This document shows, piece after piece, positions 52,713 through 62,099 of a stretch of DNA of 64,000 nt. The DNA is taken from contig CAWHCQ010000035.1 in NCBI GenBank assembly GCA_963827755.1, forward strand, positions 1-64,000. Direction: 5' to 3'. The DNA is from an uncultured Gammaproteobacteria bacterium (GTDB lineage: Bacteria > Pseudomonadota > Gammaproteobacteria > UBA9214). Positions within the stretch are counted from its first letter, which is position 1, and each line of letters starts with the position of its first letter. The notes under the pieces were generated by a model. The model did no database searches. It was not told the DNA's origin and saw only the letters and a program-made list of their open reading frames with translations. The position numbers and the translations under genes were made by a program.

Positions 52713-53498
52713 TCAGCGGCGGCGCCTGTGGCCGTGACGCCGCTGCGGCAGCGGTGGTGGTGCCTCCAGCCTGACTGCTGCATAGAGTGCCTCGACATCC
52801 TTGCGTTCGAGATCCTGGAATTTCCCGGCGCGCAGGCTGCGAGGCAACTCGACCGGGCCATAGCGGACGCGAATCAGGCGGCTTACCTGCAGACCCTGTG
52901 ATTCCCACAGGCGGCGTACCTCGCGATTACGCCCTTCCCTGAGGAGGACGTGGTACCAGTGGTTCGCACCCGCCCCGCCCGCATCGAGAATGGCTGCAAA
53001 CGCGGCCATTCCGTCCTCCAGCATGACGCCTTCCTGCAGCTGCTGCAGAATCGTCTCATCGACCGTGCCCAGAACCCGAACGGCGTATTCCCTTTCGATT
53101 TGATATGACGGGTGCATCAGGCGATGCGCAAGTTCGCCGTCCGTGGTCACCAGCAACAGGCCGGATGTATTGATATCGAGACGCCCGATGGTGATCCAGC
53201 GGGCATTTTTGATGCGCGGCAGGCTGTCGAACACCGTTGGCCGGCCTGCTTCATCCTTTCGGGTCGTCACTTCACCGGCAGGCTTGTGGTAGATCAGTGT
53301 GCGTTCCGGGGTTACCGCCGTTGAGGCATGCGATACCATGCGACCATCTATTTTTACCAGGTCCGTTTCACAAATACTCAGGCCCGGTTCCGCGAGCTTG
53401 TTGTTGACGGTAATTTTTCCTTCACGGATCCACGCCTCGATCTGGCGACGCGATCCCAGGCCGGCACGGGCCAGGACTTTCTGTATACGTTCGGCCAT
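52713..53498 (-). CDS. rluB: 23S rRNA pseudouridine synthase B
   Basis: ERIQKVLARAGLGSRR; GRLDINTSGLLL; EGRNREVRRLWE. Confidence 0.93.
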   Translation of the reverse strand: MAERIQKVLARAGLGSRRQIEAWIREGKITVNNKLAEPGLSICETDLVKIDGRMVSHASTAVTPERTLIYHKPAGEVTTRKDEAGRPTVFDSLPRIKNARWITIGRLDINTSGLLLVTTDGELAHRLMHPSYQIEREYAVRVLGTVDETILQQLQEGVMLEDGMAAFAAILDAGGAGANHWYHVLLREGRNREVRRLWESQGLQVSRLIRVRYGPVELPRSLRAGKFQDLERKDVEALYAAVRLEAPPPLPQRRHGHRRRR

Positions 53499-53542
53499 GG
53501 GCTTGCGGGTTGACGATCGGGAACCGGGACGTTCCGGACCTG

Positions 53543-54241
53543 CTAGTGAATGGTGGCGACGGGTTCGTGCTCGTCTTCGGAAGGTTCTGTCACAGGCTCT
53601 GCTGCCAGCTCCTCGCCGGCGGCTTCGCTGTCCGGCCCGTCGTTTGCAGGTGCAAGCTGCAACTCCGGAATATCCGACAGATCAAGCTCCAGCTCGGCAC
53701 CAATGGTACCCAGGTCGCGCAACTCGGAAAGTGTCGGCAGGTCACTGAGGCTCTTCAGGCTGAAATAATCGAGGAATTGCCGGGTGGTGCCATACATGGC
53801 GGGATGACCGGGCACATCCCGGTGTCCAAGTACATGAATCCAGTCGCGCTCCAGCAGGGTTTTGATAATCGAGGTACTGACGGTGACACCCCGCACACTC
53901 TCGATCTCGCCACGGGTGATCGGCTGTCGATAGGCAATCAGCGACAGGGTTTCCAGCAATGCGCGTGAGTAGCGTGCCGGCTTCTCCTCCCAGAGACGCG
54001 ACACCCAGGGCTGCATCGCCTCCCTGATCTGGATACGGTAGCCGCCGCCGACCTGTACCAGTGCGATGCCGCGCGGCTCGTAGTCCGCCTGCAACAATCC
54101 CAGTGCTTCGCGCAGCTGGCTGCGTTCGGGCCTTTCATTTTCAGCAAACATGGCCAGCAGCTGATCGAGCGTCAGCGGACGGCCAGCCGCCAGCAGGATG
54201 GCTTCGAGAATGTTTTTCAGTGCTTCATTTTCCATATTCAA
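53543..54241 (-). CDS. scpB: SMC-Scp complex subunit ScpB
   Basis: YSRALLETL..IAYRQPITRGEIE.VRGV; PG.P..YGTT..FLDYF. Confidence 0.96.
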   Translation of the reverse strand: MNMENEALKNILEAILLAAGRPLTLDQLLAMFAENERPERSQLREALGLLQADYEPRGIALVQVGGGYRIQIREAMQPWVSRLWEEKPARYSRALLETLSLIAYRQPITRGEIESVRGVTVSTSIIKTLLERDWIHVLGHRDVPGHPAMYGTTRQFLDYFSLKSLSDLPTLSELRDLGTIGAELELDLSDIPELQLAPANDGPDSEAAGEELAAEPVTEPSEDEHEPVATIH

Positions 54242-54246
54242 TTTAC

Positions 54247-55128
54247 TCAGGCGGTTTCCTGCTGCTCTGCAAGCATCTCCAGATCGGCTGCGCCGGCCTC
54301 TTCTGCGCGTGAGGCAGCCTTCACATGTATCGGGGCAAACGCCTCTGTCTGGGTTAAATCAAGCAGCGACTCCTTGACCAGTTCAAGAATGGCGAGAAAC
54401 GTGACCACCACACCCATGCGCCCCTCTTCAACCGTGAACAGGTCGCTGAAGCGGGTGTACTCGCTGCTGCTGACTCGGCCCAGGACACTGGACATGCGTT
54501 CCCGAACGGACAGGGACTCCATCTGTACATGGTGATGGGCAAACATGGAGGCGCGTTGCATGACCTCCTGAAACGCTGCAATCAGGTCCTGCAGCTCGAC
54601 TTCCGGCGGCAGCCTGACGATCTTCTGTTCCGGACCCTCGGCCTCGGCCTGGAAGACATCGCGCCCGAGCCGCGGCAGGACATCGAGGTCTTCAGCCGCC
54701 TTCTTGTAGCGCTCGTACTCCTGCAAGCGACGCACCAGCTCGGCACGCGGATCGTTTTCATCTTCCTCATCACACGCCGGGCGTGGCAACAGCATGCGTG
54801 ACTTGATCTCGGCAAGCACCGCCGACATCACCAGGTACTCGGCCGCCAGGTCCAGCTTGATCACCTGCATAAGTTCAATATATTCAATATATTGGCGTGT
54901 TATATCGGCAACCGGGATGTCGACGATCTCGATATTTTCCTTGCGGATCAGGTAAAGCAGCAGGTCCAGCGGGCCTTCAAATGCCTCGAGGAAAACCTCC
55001 ATCGCGTCGGGCGGAATGTAGAGGTCCTGGGGAAGTGAGTCGATGGTCTGACCCTGGACTACAGCGTGGGGGATTTCTTCCTGCGTGTGGAGATCCGGCG
55101 TGACTGCGCGGCTCTGATTTTCGCTCAT
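54247..55128 (-). CDS. scpA: Segregation/condensation protein A
   Basis: FEGPLDLLLYLI; AAEYLVM; IKSRMLLP; VVTFLAILEL. Confidence 0.96.
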   Translation of the reverse strand: MSENQSRAVTPDLHTQEEIPHAVVQGQTIDSLPQDLYIPPDAMEVFLEAFEGPLDLLLYLIRKENIEIVDIPVADITRQYIEYIELMQVIKLDLAAEYLVMSAVLAEIKSRMLLPRPACDEEDENDPRAELVRRLQEYERYKKAAEDLDVLPRLGRDVFQAEAEGPEQKIVRLPPEVELQDLIAAFQEVMQRASMFAHHHVQMESLSVRERMSSVLGRVSSSEYTRFSDLFTVEEGRMGVVVTFLAILELVKESLLDLTQTEAFAPIHVKAASRAEEAGAADLEMLAEQQETA

Positions 55129-55208
55129 TTAATACCCGCCGAGGGACAATTTATAGCGTGCGGAAAATACTAACCTATTTTCAGCCATATGTCTGTATTT
55201 ATAACCAA

Positions 55209-56423
55209 TTACGTATAGATCAGCCCCATGGCCTCACGGACCTCGCCGAGGGTCTCGCGGGCCACATCACGGGCGGCCCTCGAGCCCGCATCGATGATCT
55301 TTCGCACCCGTTCCCGGTCGTGCTCAAACTCGCTGGCGCGTTCCTGTATCGGTACAAGCTCGGCCAGCACCGCGTCGATCACGGGCTGTTTGCAATCCAG
55401 GCAACCGATACCCGCCGTGGTACACCCCTCCCGGACCCAGTCCTTCGCCGCCGCATTCGAATAGACTTCATGCAGCTGCCAGACCGGGCAGATATCCGGA
55501 TTACCGGGGTCGGTGCGGCGCACCCGTGCCGGGTCCGTGGGCATGGTACGCAGCTTTTCCCGAATGTCCCCGGGCGCCTCGCGCAGTCCGATGGTATTGC
55601 CGTAGGACTTGGACATCTTCTGCCCGTCCAGGCCGGGCATTTTCGAGGCCGGGGTCAGCAGTGACTGCGGCTCCGTCAGAATCATGCGGCCACCGCCCTC
55701 GAGAAAACCGGCGAGGCGTTCACGGTCACTGATGGCGAGGTTCTGCTGCTCCCCAAGCAGGGCATGCGCCACACCCAGCGCCTCGTGATCGCCCTGCTGC
55801 TGGTAACGCGTCAACAAATCCTTGTAGAGGCGCGCATTTTTTTTACCCATCTTTTTGATGGCCGCACGGGCCGCCTCCTCGTAACCGGGTTCGCGCCCGT
55901 AGATATGATTGAAGCGGCGTGCTATTTCACGGGTCAGCTCGACATGCGCCACCTGGTCTTCCCCGACCGGGACCTTGTCTGCACCGTAGATAAGAATGTC
56001 CGCACCCTGCAACAACGGGTAGCCGAGAAAACCGTAGGTTGCCAGGTCGCGTTCACGAAGTTTCTCCTGCTGATCCTTGTAACTCGGCACGCGTTCCAGC
56101 CAGGCCAGCGGCGTCACCATCGAAAGCAGCAAATGCAGTTCGGCATGCTCGGGGACCCAGGACTGGATAAAGAGCTCCGCCGAGTCCGGGTTAACGCCCG
56201 CGGCCAGCCAGTCAATAACCATGTCCCAGACATTGTCTGCAATGATCCCGGAGTCTTCATAATGGGTCGTGAGTGCGTGCCAGTCGGCCACGAAAAAAAA
56301 GCAGTCGAATTCCTGCTGCAGTTTGATCCAGTTTTTCAACACCCCGTGGTAATGCCCGAGGTGCAGTCGTCCCGTCGGGCGCATCCCGGACAACACCCTG
56401 CTTTTGTTAGCGATAGCGGCCAA
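55209..56423 (-). CDS. trpS: Tryptophan--tRNA ligase
   Basis: SGMRPTG.LHLGH; YPLLQ.ADIL; VPVGEDQ; KMSKS. Confidence 0.97.
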   Translation of the reverse strand: MAAIANKSRVLSGMRPTGRLHLGHYHGVLKNWIKLQQEFDCFFFVADWHALTTHYEDSGIIADNVWDMVIDWLAAGVNPDSAELFIQSWVPEHAELHLLLSMVTPLAWLERVPSYKDQQEKLRERDLATYGFLGYPLLQGADILIYGADKVPVGEDQVAHVELTREIARRFNHIYGREPGYEEAARAAIKKMGKKNARLYKDLLTRYQQQGDHEALGVAHALLGEQQNLAISDRERLAGFLEGGGRMILTEPQSLLTPASKMPGLDGQKMSKSYGNTIGLREAPGDIREKLRTMPTDPARVRRTDPGNPDICPVWQLHEVYSNAAAKDWVREGCTTAGIGCLDCKQPVIDAVLAELVPIQERASEFEHDRERVRKIIDAGSRAARDVARETLGEVREAMGLIYT

Positions 56424-56432
56424 GCTGGTCTC

Positions 56433-57122
56433 CTATAATCCGAGCAAGGATTTCAATACATCTGTAAATGTTCTGACCGGCAACCCGGTCAGTGGTGACA
56501 GCAGGCCCATGATGAGGGTGATCAGCGGAAATAATATCTTCGCCAGTATTCCGGTCATCAACAACACCAGCAATATCATGAAGCCGTAAGGTTCGATCAG
56601 GCTGAAGCGGTAGGCCAGCGGTCCCGGCAGCAGGCTGGTCGCCACGCGTCCGCCATCCAGTGGCGGCAACGGCAGCAGGTTCAACACCATCAATATGGTA
56701 TTGATAAAAATACCGGCAACGCCCATGTATACCAGCGCAACTCCCTGCTCGCCGATCAGCAGGCCTGCATGCACCAGCAGGGCCCAGAGGATTGCCATGA
56801 ACAGGTTGGACACCGGTCCCGCGGCCGCAACAATGGCCATATCACGCTTCGGATTGCGCAGGTTCTTCCAGTTGATCGGCACCGGCTTGGCATAACCGAA
56901 AATAAAACCGGCCTGAAGCAGGAGCAATATGCCGGGTATCAGGATTGTTCCCACGGGATCGACATGTTTCAGCGGGTTCAGTGTCAGGCGGCCCAGCATC
57001 ATGGCCGTCTTGTCACCGAGCCGGCTCGCCACCCAGCCGTGAGCCACCTCGTGGACGGTAATGCCCAGCAAGACCGGCGGCACCCAAACCGCAATTTTTT
57101 GCACAAGACTGAGCTCCAGCAT
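56433..57122 (-). CDS. Site-2 protease (M50 family)
   Basis: HEVAH; AAGP.SN; NLLPLPPLDGG. Confidence 0.93.
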   Translation of the reverse strand: MLELSLVQKIAVWVPPVLLGITVHEVAHGWVASRLGDKTAMMLGRLTLNPLKHVDPVGTILIPGILLLLQAGFIFGYAKPVPINWKNLRNPKRDMAIVAAAGPVSNLFMAILWALLVHAGLLIGEQGVALVYMGVAGIFINTILMVLNLLPLPPLDGGRVATSLLPGPLAYRFSLIEPYGFMILLVLLMTGILAKILFPLITLIMGLLSPLTGLPVRTFTDVLKSLLGL

Positions 57123-57152
57123 CGGCGGATTATAACCCCATGACTGTTAATT

Positions 57153-57776
57153 TCATCCGCTAATCCCTTCTGCCACACCGCAGCCCTGGCGGACAATTTG
57201 CGGCACACCATCGACCATATCGATGACCGTTGTCGGTTCCATCCCGCAATGACCGCCATCGATGATCAGGTCGACCGCCCGGCTGATCCGCTCACGCATG
57301 TTATCGACATCGGTCTCCGGTATATCGTGCCCGGGTAAAATCAGGGTTGAACTCATCAGTGGCTCGCCCAGGCACTCAAGCAGGGCCTGCGCGATCGGGT
57401 GGGCGGGTACGCGCAAACCAATTGTCTTGCGCTTCGGGTTCTGCAGACGGCGCGGAACTTCATGTGTTGCACGCAGGATAAACGTAAAGGGTCCCGGCGT
57501 CAGCGACTTTATCAGCCGGTAGGCACTGTTATCGATTTTTGCATAAGTCGCAATCTCGGAAAGATCACGACACACAAGGGTGAAATTATGTTTATTATCG
57601 AGCGCGCGGATCTGGCGAATCCGCTCCATACCGCGCTTGTCACCGACATGACAACCGAGTGCATAACTGGAGTCAGTCGGATAGATGACCAGCCCGTCCT
57701 TGCGAATGATATCGACCGCCTGCTGCACCAGCCGCGGCTGCGGATTATCCGGGTGGATTTGTATGTATTGACTCAT
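57153..57776 (-). CDS. yciO: YciO (Sua5/YrdC family) protein
   Basis: MSQYIQIHPDNPQ.RL; YPTDSSYALGC; TIGLRVP. Confidence 0.93.
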   Translation of the reverse strand: MSQYIQIHPDNPQPRLVQQAVDIIRKDGLVIYPTDSSYALGCHVGDKRGMERIRQIRALDNKHNFTLVCRDLSEIATYAKIDNSAYRLIKSLTPGPFTFILRATHEVPRRLQNPKRKTIGLRVPAHPIAQALLECLGEPLMSSTLILPGHDIPETDVDNMRERISRAVDLIIDGGHCGMEPTTVIDMVDGVPQIVRQGCGVAEGISG

Positions 57777-57803
57777 ACCTCGCCCACCGGACCAGCAGCG
57801 ACC

Positions 57804-57925
57804 CGCAGGAGCGCCTTGCAGGGCCGCTCCTGGCATCCATGCCTCCCGCGACACTCGTACATCCCTGTACATCGCGCGTGATCGGGATTCATGCGGGGAT
57901 ATCGCGGATGAGATCCGCTCCTGCA
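57804..57925. repeat. Composite REP element with embedded GGA-loop hairpins
   Basis: CGCAGGAGCG left arm; GGCATCCATGCC and GTACATCCCTGTAC inserts; right arm identical to that of the 35686-35757 element. Confidence 0.65.
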
Positions 57926-57953
57926 GTGATATAGGTACATTTTCTACGGGCTG

Positions 57954-58799
57954 TTAATGTGTTGGCCAATGCTCGCTCTGCCAGACCGGCGTACAGCCGG
58001 CCGGCAGCGCCGCCAACCGGCCCAGCTGCACTCGGGAATTTTCCGGGCCGTGATAATCGGAGCCGCAGGAAGCCAGCAGATTCTCGTTGCAACACAGGGC
58101 CGCCATCGTACTGATGTGATCGCGGCTATGGCTGCCGGAAACCACCTCCATACCCAGCCCCCCGGCTTCCCTGAATTCACCGATCAGGCGGCGCAACTTG
58201 CTTGCCGTCATGCGGTAGCGGGCCGGGTGCGCGATGACAGCCATGCCACCGGCACGGGCAATCCAGTCCAGCGCATCTGCAAGGCTGGCCCACCGGCCGG
58301 ACACAAAACCGGGCCGGTTATTCACCAGGTAACGTTTGAAGACCTCCTGTACAGACCGGGCGTGGCCGTGTTCGACCAGGAAGCGGGCGAAGTGGGTCCG
58401 GCCGACGATGCTGCCCTTTGCCAGCGCCCGGGCCCCTTCCGTGCCGCCCGCGATACCGGCCTTCGCGAGGCGCCGGCCAATCTCCACGGCGCGCCAGTTA
58501 CGAAACTCACGCAGCCCCGCCAGGCCCGCCTGCAATTCCATACAATCCGGATTGATATTCAGTCCGAGTATATGAATCGTCTGCGCCTGCCAGCTGACGG
58601 ATATTTCCACCCCGGGTACCAGTTGCAATCCAAGCTCGCGGGCACGCGCCTGCGCAGCGCCCAGACCCTCCGTGGTATCGTGGTCCGTCAAGGCGAGTAC
58701 CTGCACACCGCCGGCATGCGCCGCGCTCACCAGCTCGGCGGGACCGAGCGTGCCGTCCGAGGCGATCGAGTGGCTGTGCAAATCATACTGGAGAGTCAT
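57954..58799 (-). CDS. yciV: PHP-domain nuclease (YciV/TrpH, RNase AM family)
   Basis: DLHSHS..SDG; LALTDHDT; PGVEIS; AHP.RY; GSDYHG. Confidence 0.9.
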   Translation of the reverse strand: MTLQYDLHSHSIASDGTLGPAELVSAAHAGGVQVLALTDHDTTEGLGAAQARARELGLQLVPGVEISVSWQAQTIHILGLNINPDCMELQAGLAGLREFRNWRAVEIGRRLAKAGIAGGTEGARALAKGSIVGRTHFARFLVEHGHARSVQEVFKRYLVNNRPGFVSGRWASLADALDWIARAGGMAVIAHPARYRMTASKLRRLIGEFREAGGLGMEVVSGSHSRDHISTMAALCCNENLLASCGSDYHGPENSRVQLGRLAALPAGCTPVWQSEHWPTH

Positions 58800-58909
58800 C
58801 CGGCCTATTCTACAGGAGTCGTCCGGGCTGTGCGGCAATTCACGCACGCCGGTCGCGCAGCTGCGGGCAAGCCGGTACTATTACCCTCTACTATTTCGGG
58901 AAACCACCC

Positions 58910-59638
58910 ATGCACACAGCGACCGGGGATATCCACTCCATCCAGCAAGCCATCACCGACATCGTTGCGGCCTGCAGCCGCGCAAACGAGGCCAGGTCGC
59001 AGGCAGATCCGGATACCGACCTGCCTGCCCTCTTCGATGCCCTGAAAAGTCTGCAGGACGTCATGCTCCGCATCCAGGGAGATGCCGGGGCCACCGCCAG
59101 GGCAGACGTAACGGAAATCGGGGAATATGCCATCCGCCTGATCGAGAACCTCGCAGCCTGTGCGGGGAAACTCGGCCTGGATGAACAAAAAAACGCCCTC
59201 AATGACCTGTTCATCAACACCGGCCTGTGGATTGCACACCAGGGCGGACTGATCGATACGCTGGAGCCGGTCGTAGATGCCATTGCCATTGTCGCCAACA
59301 ACACCCGCGACGCGGATGAGCTTGAAGCCCTCAGTAAAGTCATCCGGCAGATTATCGATGCCGTCCCGGCCGTCATCAGCCAGGACCTGGAAAACATCAA
59401 TCCCGGCAGGCCCTGGCGTGTTTTATTACTGAATTACTGCATTGTTGCGACACGCAGTCACAACACCGCACTGATGGAAACCGCCTTTGCCTTGCTGACC
59501 GCAAGTCTGCCGGCCGAGGCACCGCGCTTTTTTACCGAGGGCATGCAGCAGATGGACGCGCTTGATTACCCCGACCATGTCCGTACCGTGATGGAGAAAT
59601 ACCACCGCAAGTGGAATGTTGACCGGTCCCTGCACTAG
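58910..59638 (+). CDS. Hypothetical helical protein
   Basis: 242-aa ORF with host-like codon use; motif PWRVLLLN..IVATRSH. Confidence 0.75.
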   Translation: MHTATGDIHSIQQAITDIVAACSRANEARSQADPDTDLPALFDALKSLQDVMLRIQGDAGATARADVTEIGEYAIRLIENLAACAGKLGLDEQKNALNDLFINTGLWIAHQGGLIDTLEPVVDAIAIVANNTRDADELEALSKVIRQIIDAVPAVISQDLENINPGRPWRVLLLNYCIVATRSHNTALMETAFALLTASLPAEAPRFFTEGMQQMDALDYPDHVRTVMEKYHRKWNVDRSLH

Positions 59639-59709
59639 CGATCTTTTCAGGCTGATAGCAACAGATGCAGTGCCGGATTCAGGCTGAACACCGTTTTTTT
59701 ACATTTTTA

Positions 59710-59794
59710 ATGGCCACGGAATCCACGGAAGAACACGTAAATACAAATGCCCTTGTGTAATTCTTCCGTGTTTTTCCGTGGATTTCGTGGCCAT
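59710..59794. repeat. Short-period (about 9-10 nt, CACGGAA core) inverted repeat
   Basis: ATGGCCACGGAATCCACGGAAGAACACG ... CGTGTTTTTCCGTGGATTTCGTGGCCAT. Confidence 0.75.
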
Positions 59795-59926
59795 AATATC
59801 GATCTTTATCAGACCGAAGCCGCACAAGGGCCTTGCGGGTTCCACCTCAGCCCCAAAAAGACTATCATTTGGCTCCTTTGGCCGGCCAAATGGCCGCAAA
59901 TCACCCAATTGAAGACGGCTGTATAG

Positions 59927-60469
59927 ATGAAGTTTCTTTTTGACCTGTTCCCGATCCTGCTGTTTTTTGTGGCCTACAAGATGTATGACATCTATGTCGC
60001 CACGGCCGTTGCCATTGCCGCTGCCTTTGTACAGACCGGCCTGTTCTGGCTGAAACACCGCAAATTCGAAAAAATGCACGTGATCACACTGTTGATACTG
60101 ATCGTCTTCGGTGGACTGACACTGGTGCTGCGCGACCCGGTTTTTATCAAGTGGAAACCGACGGTCGTCAACTGGCTGTTCGGCCTGTCCTTCCTCGGCA
60201 GCCAGTTTATCGGCGAGCGCACCCTGGTCGAACGCATGATGGGCCACGCGATCACCGTGCCCGGCCCGGTATGGCGGCGTCTCAACTGGGCATGGGTCCT
60301 GTTCTTCATTGCGATGGGGCTTATAAATATCTATGTTGCCTACAGCTACAGCGAGGAGACCTGGGTGAATTTCAAACTGTTCGGCATGATGGGACTGACC
60401 CTGGTGTTTGTGTTTGCGCAGGCCTTCTATCTCGGCCGCTACATGGAACCCGACAAGGAAAACAATTAA
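59927..60469 (+). CDS. yciB: Inner membrane protein YciB (IspZ)
   Basis: MKFLFDLFP; FIKWKPT; WVNFKLFG. Confidence 0.95.
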   Translation: MKFLFDLFPILLFFVAYKMYDIYVATAVAIAAAFVQTGLFWLKHRKFEKMHVITLLILIVFGGLTLVLRDPVFIKWKPTVVNWLFGLSFLGSQFIGERTLVERMMGHAITVPGPVWRRLNWAWVLFFIAMGLINIYVAYSYSEETWVNFKLFGMMGLTLVFVFAQAFYLGRYMEPDKENN

Positions 60470-60768
60470 TGCTCTACGCCATCATCAGCCAGGACAGGGA
60501 CAACAGTCTTGCCGACCGCCAGCTGGCGCGTCCCGCACACTTGCAGCGCCTGCAGGCACTCAGGGACGAGGGCCGCCTGCTGCTTGCAGGACCGCATCCA
60601 GCCATCGACAGCCCCGATCCCGGCGACGCCGGCTTCAGTGGCAGCCTGGTGGTCGCAGAATTCACTTCGCTGGACGAAGCCAGGGCATGGGCGGATGACG
60701 ATCCCTACATCGCTGCCGGCGTTTATGAAAAAGTAACCGTCAAACCCTTCAAGAAGGTACTGCCCTGA
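60469..60768 (+). CDS. yciI: YciI family protein
   Basis: MLYAII..D....L..R...RPAHL.RL; AGPHPAIDS; DPY. Confidence 0.93.
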   Translation: MLYAIISQDRDNSLADRQLARPAHLQRLQALRDEGRLLLAGPHPAIDSPDPGDAGFSGSLVVAEFTSLDEARAWADDDPYIAAGVYEKVTVKPFKKVLP

Positions 60769-60769
60769 A

Positions 60770-61042
60770 ATGAGCGAGCAACGCACAGCAATGATCCGCG
60801 AGCGCCTTGCGCACGAACTGGCGCCTGACAGTCTCGAAATCATCGATGAAAGCGCCAAACATGCCGGTCATGCCGGTGCTGCCAGCGGCGGCGGCCACTT
60901 CATTGTGCATATCGTGGCAGACGCCTTTCGCGACAAAACCCTTATTCAGCGTCACCGCCTTGTCTATGATGCCCTCGGTGATATCATGCACCGGGAAATC
61001 CATGCGCTAAGCATCCAGGCAAAGACCCCTGATGAAACCTGA
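60770..61042 (+). CDS. bolA: BolA family protein
   Basis: DESAKHAGHAG; HF...IV..AF; RHRLVY; IHALSI. Confidence 0.93.
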   Translation: MSEQRTAMIRERLAHELAPDSLEIIDESAKHAGHAGAASGGGHFIVHIVADAFRDKTLIQRHRLVYDALGDIMHREIHALSIQAKTPDET

Positions 61043-61068
61043 CTACCAACCCAACAAGGTACAACTCA

Positions 61069-61936
61069 ATGAACTATCGTAATCTGACAGCGTTGCTTGC
61101 AACCGTTCTCGTTATCAGCGGATGCGACCAGATGCAAACCGCGCTCAACGGTAAAACTACTGAAGACGCAACGGCAAGCAGCACGATGGCAGAATCAGCA
61201 CCGGCACCTGCCGGCAAGGTACTCGCCACCATCAACGGCAAGGCCATTACCCGGGATGTTTTCGATGTCTACTCGAAGACACGCAAGCCGCAGAACAACA
61301 GCGAGGACACCAATTCACCTGCAGGCGATCCTGGATGAACTGATCGCGCTTGAACTCATGCGTCAGGAAGGCGAAAAGAACGATGTGTCTTCGCGTCCCC
61401 TGGTTGTTGCGCTGATGGATCAGCAGAGACGTTCGGCGCTCGCCAGTGCGGCTGTCAATGACTTCGTACAAGCCAATCAAACCAGTGATGAAGAGGCCCA
61501 AAAAGTGTATGACCAGCAGATAGGCAATACCGGGAAGGAATACAACGCCCGGCACATCCTGCTGGCAACCCGGGAAGAAGCCGTCGACGTCATATCCGCG
61601 CTCGATGGCGGTGCAGATTTCTCCGAACTTGCCATGGAAAAATCCACGGGGCCTTCAGGCAAGAATGGCGGCAAACTGGGCTGGTTTGCAGCGGGCCAGA
61701 TGGTCAAACCATTCTCGGATGCAACAGCAGCGCTTGAGACCGGCAGCTACAGCAAGGAACCGGTGGAAACACAGTTTGGCTGGCACGTCATTATCCTGGA
61801 CGACTCACGGGATATCACGCCGCCACCGTTTGAGGACGTCAAGGACCGCCTGAAACTGTTGATCGTCAACCAGAAACTGCAGGCGCATATCAACCAGATC
61901 AAGGCCTCGGCTGACATCGTGATCAACGAAAAATAG
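61069..61936 (+). CDS. PpiC-type peptidylprolyl isomerase lipoprotein (frameshift near 61315)
   Basis: Lipobox ISGC; YNARHIL; GGKLGWF; MVKPF; VETQFGWHVI. Confidence 0.9.
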
Positions 61937-61941
61937 GTTCT

Positions 61942-61972
61942 TTCCGGCTGGCGGGACTTCCCGTCGGCCGGA
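61942..61972. terminator. GC-rich hairpin between convergent genes
   Basis: TCCGGCTGGCGGGA-CT-TCCCGTCGGCCGGA. Confidence 0.5.
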
Positions 61973-61996
61973 TGGTGCCGGCGCAGGTATGGGTGG

Positions 61997-62065
61997 AGAA
62001 GTTAGAAGTTAGAAGTTAGAAGTTAGAAGTTAGAAGTTAGAAGTTAGAAGTTAGAAGTTAGAAGT
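61997..62065. repeat. Heptamer microsatellite (AGAAGTT) x9 plus 6 nt
   Basis: Perfect tandem array counted directly. Confidence 0.98.
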
Positions 62066-62099
62066 GCGGCTGGAAGCGGGTCTTGTGGTCATCCCCCTG

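Noticed and set aside
55690-55900. Insertion in TrpRS as a possible intein
   Set aside because: Short helical insert without intein termini; from recall, common in this proteobacterial TrpRS subtype.
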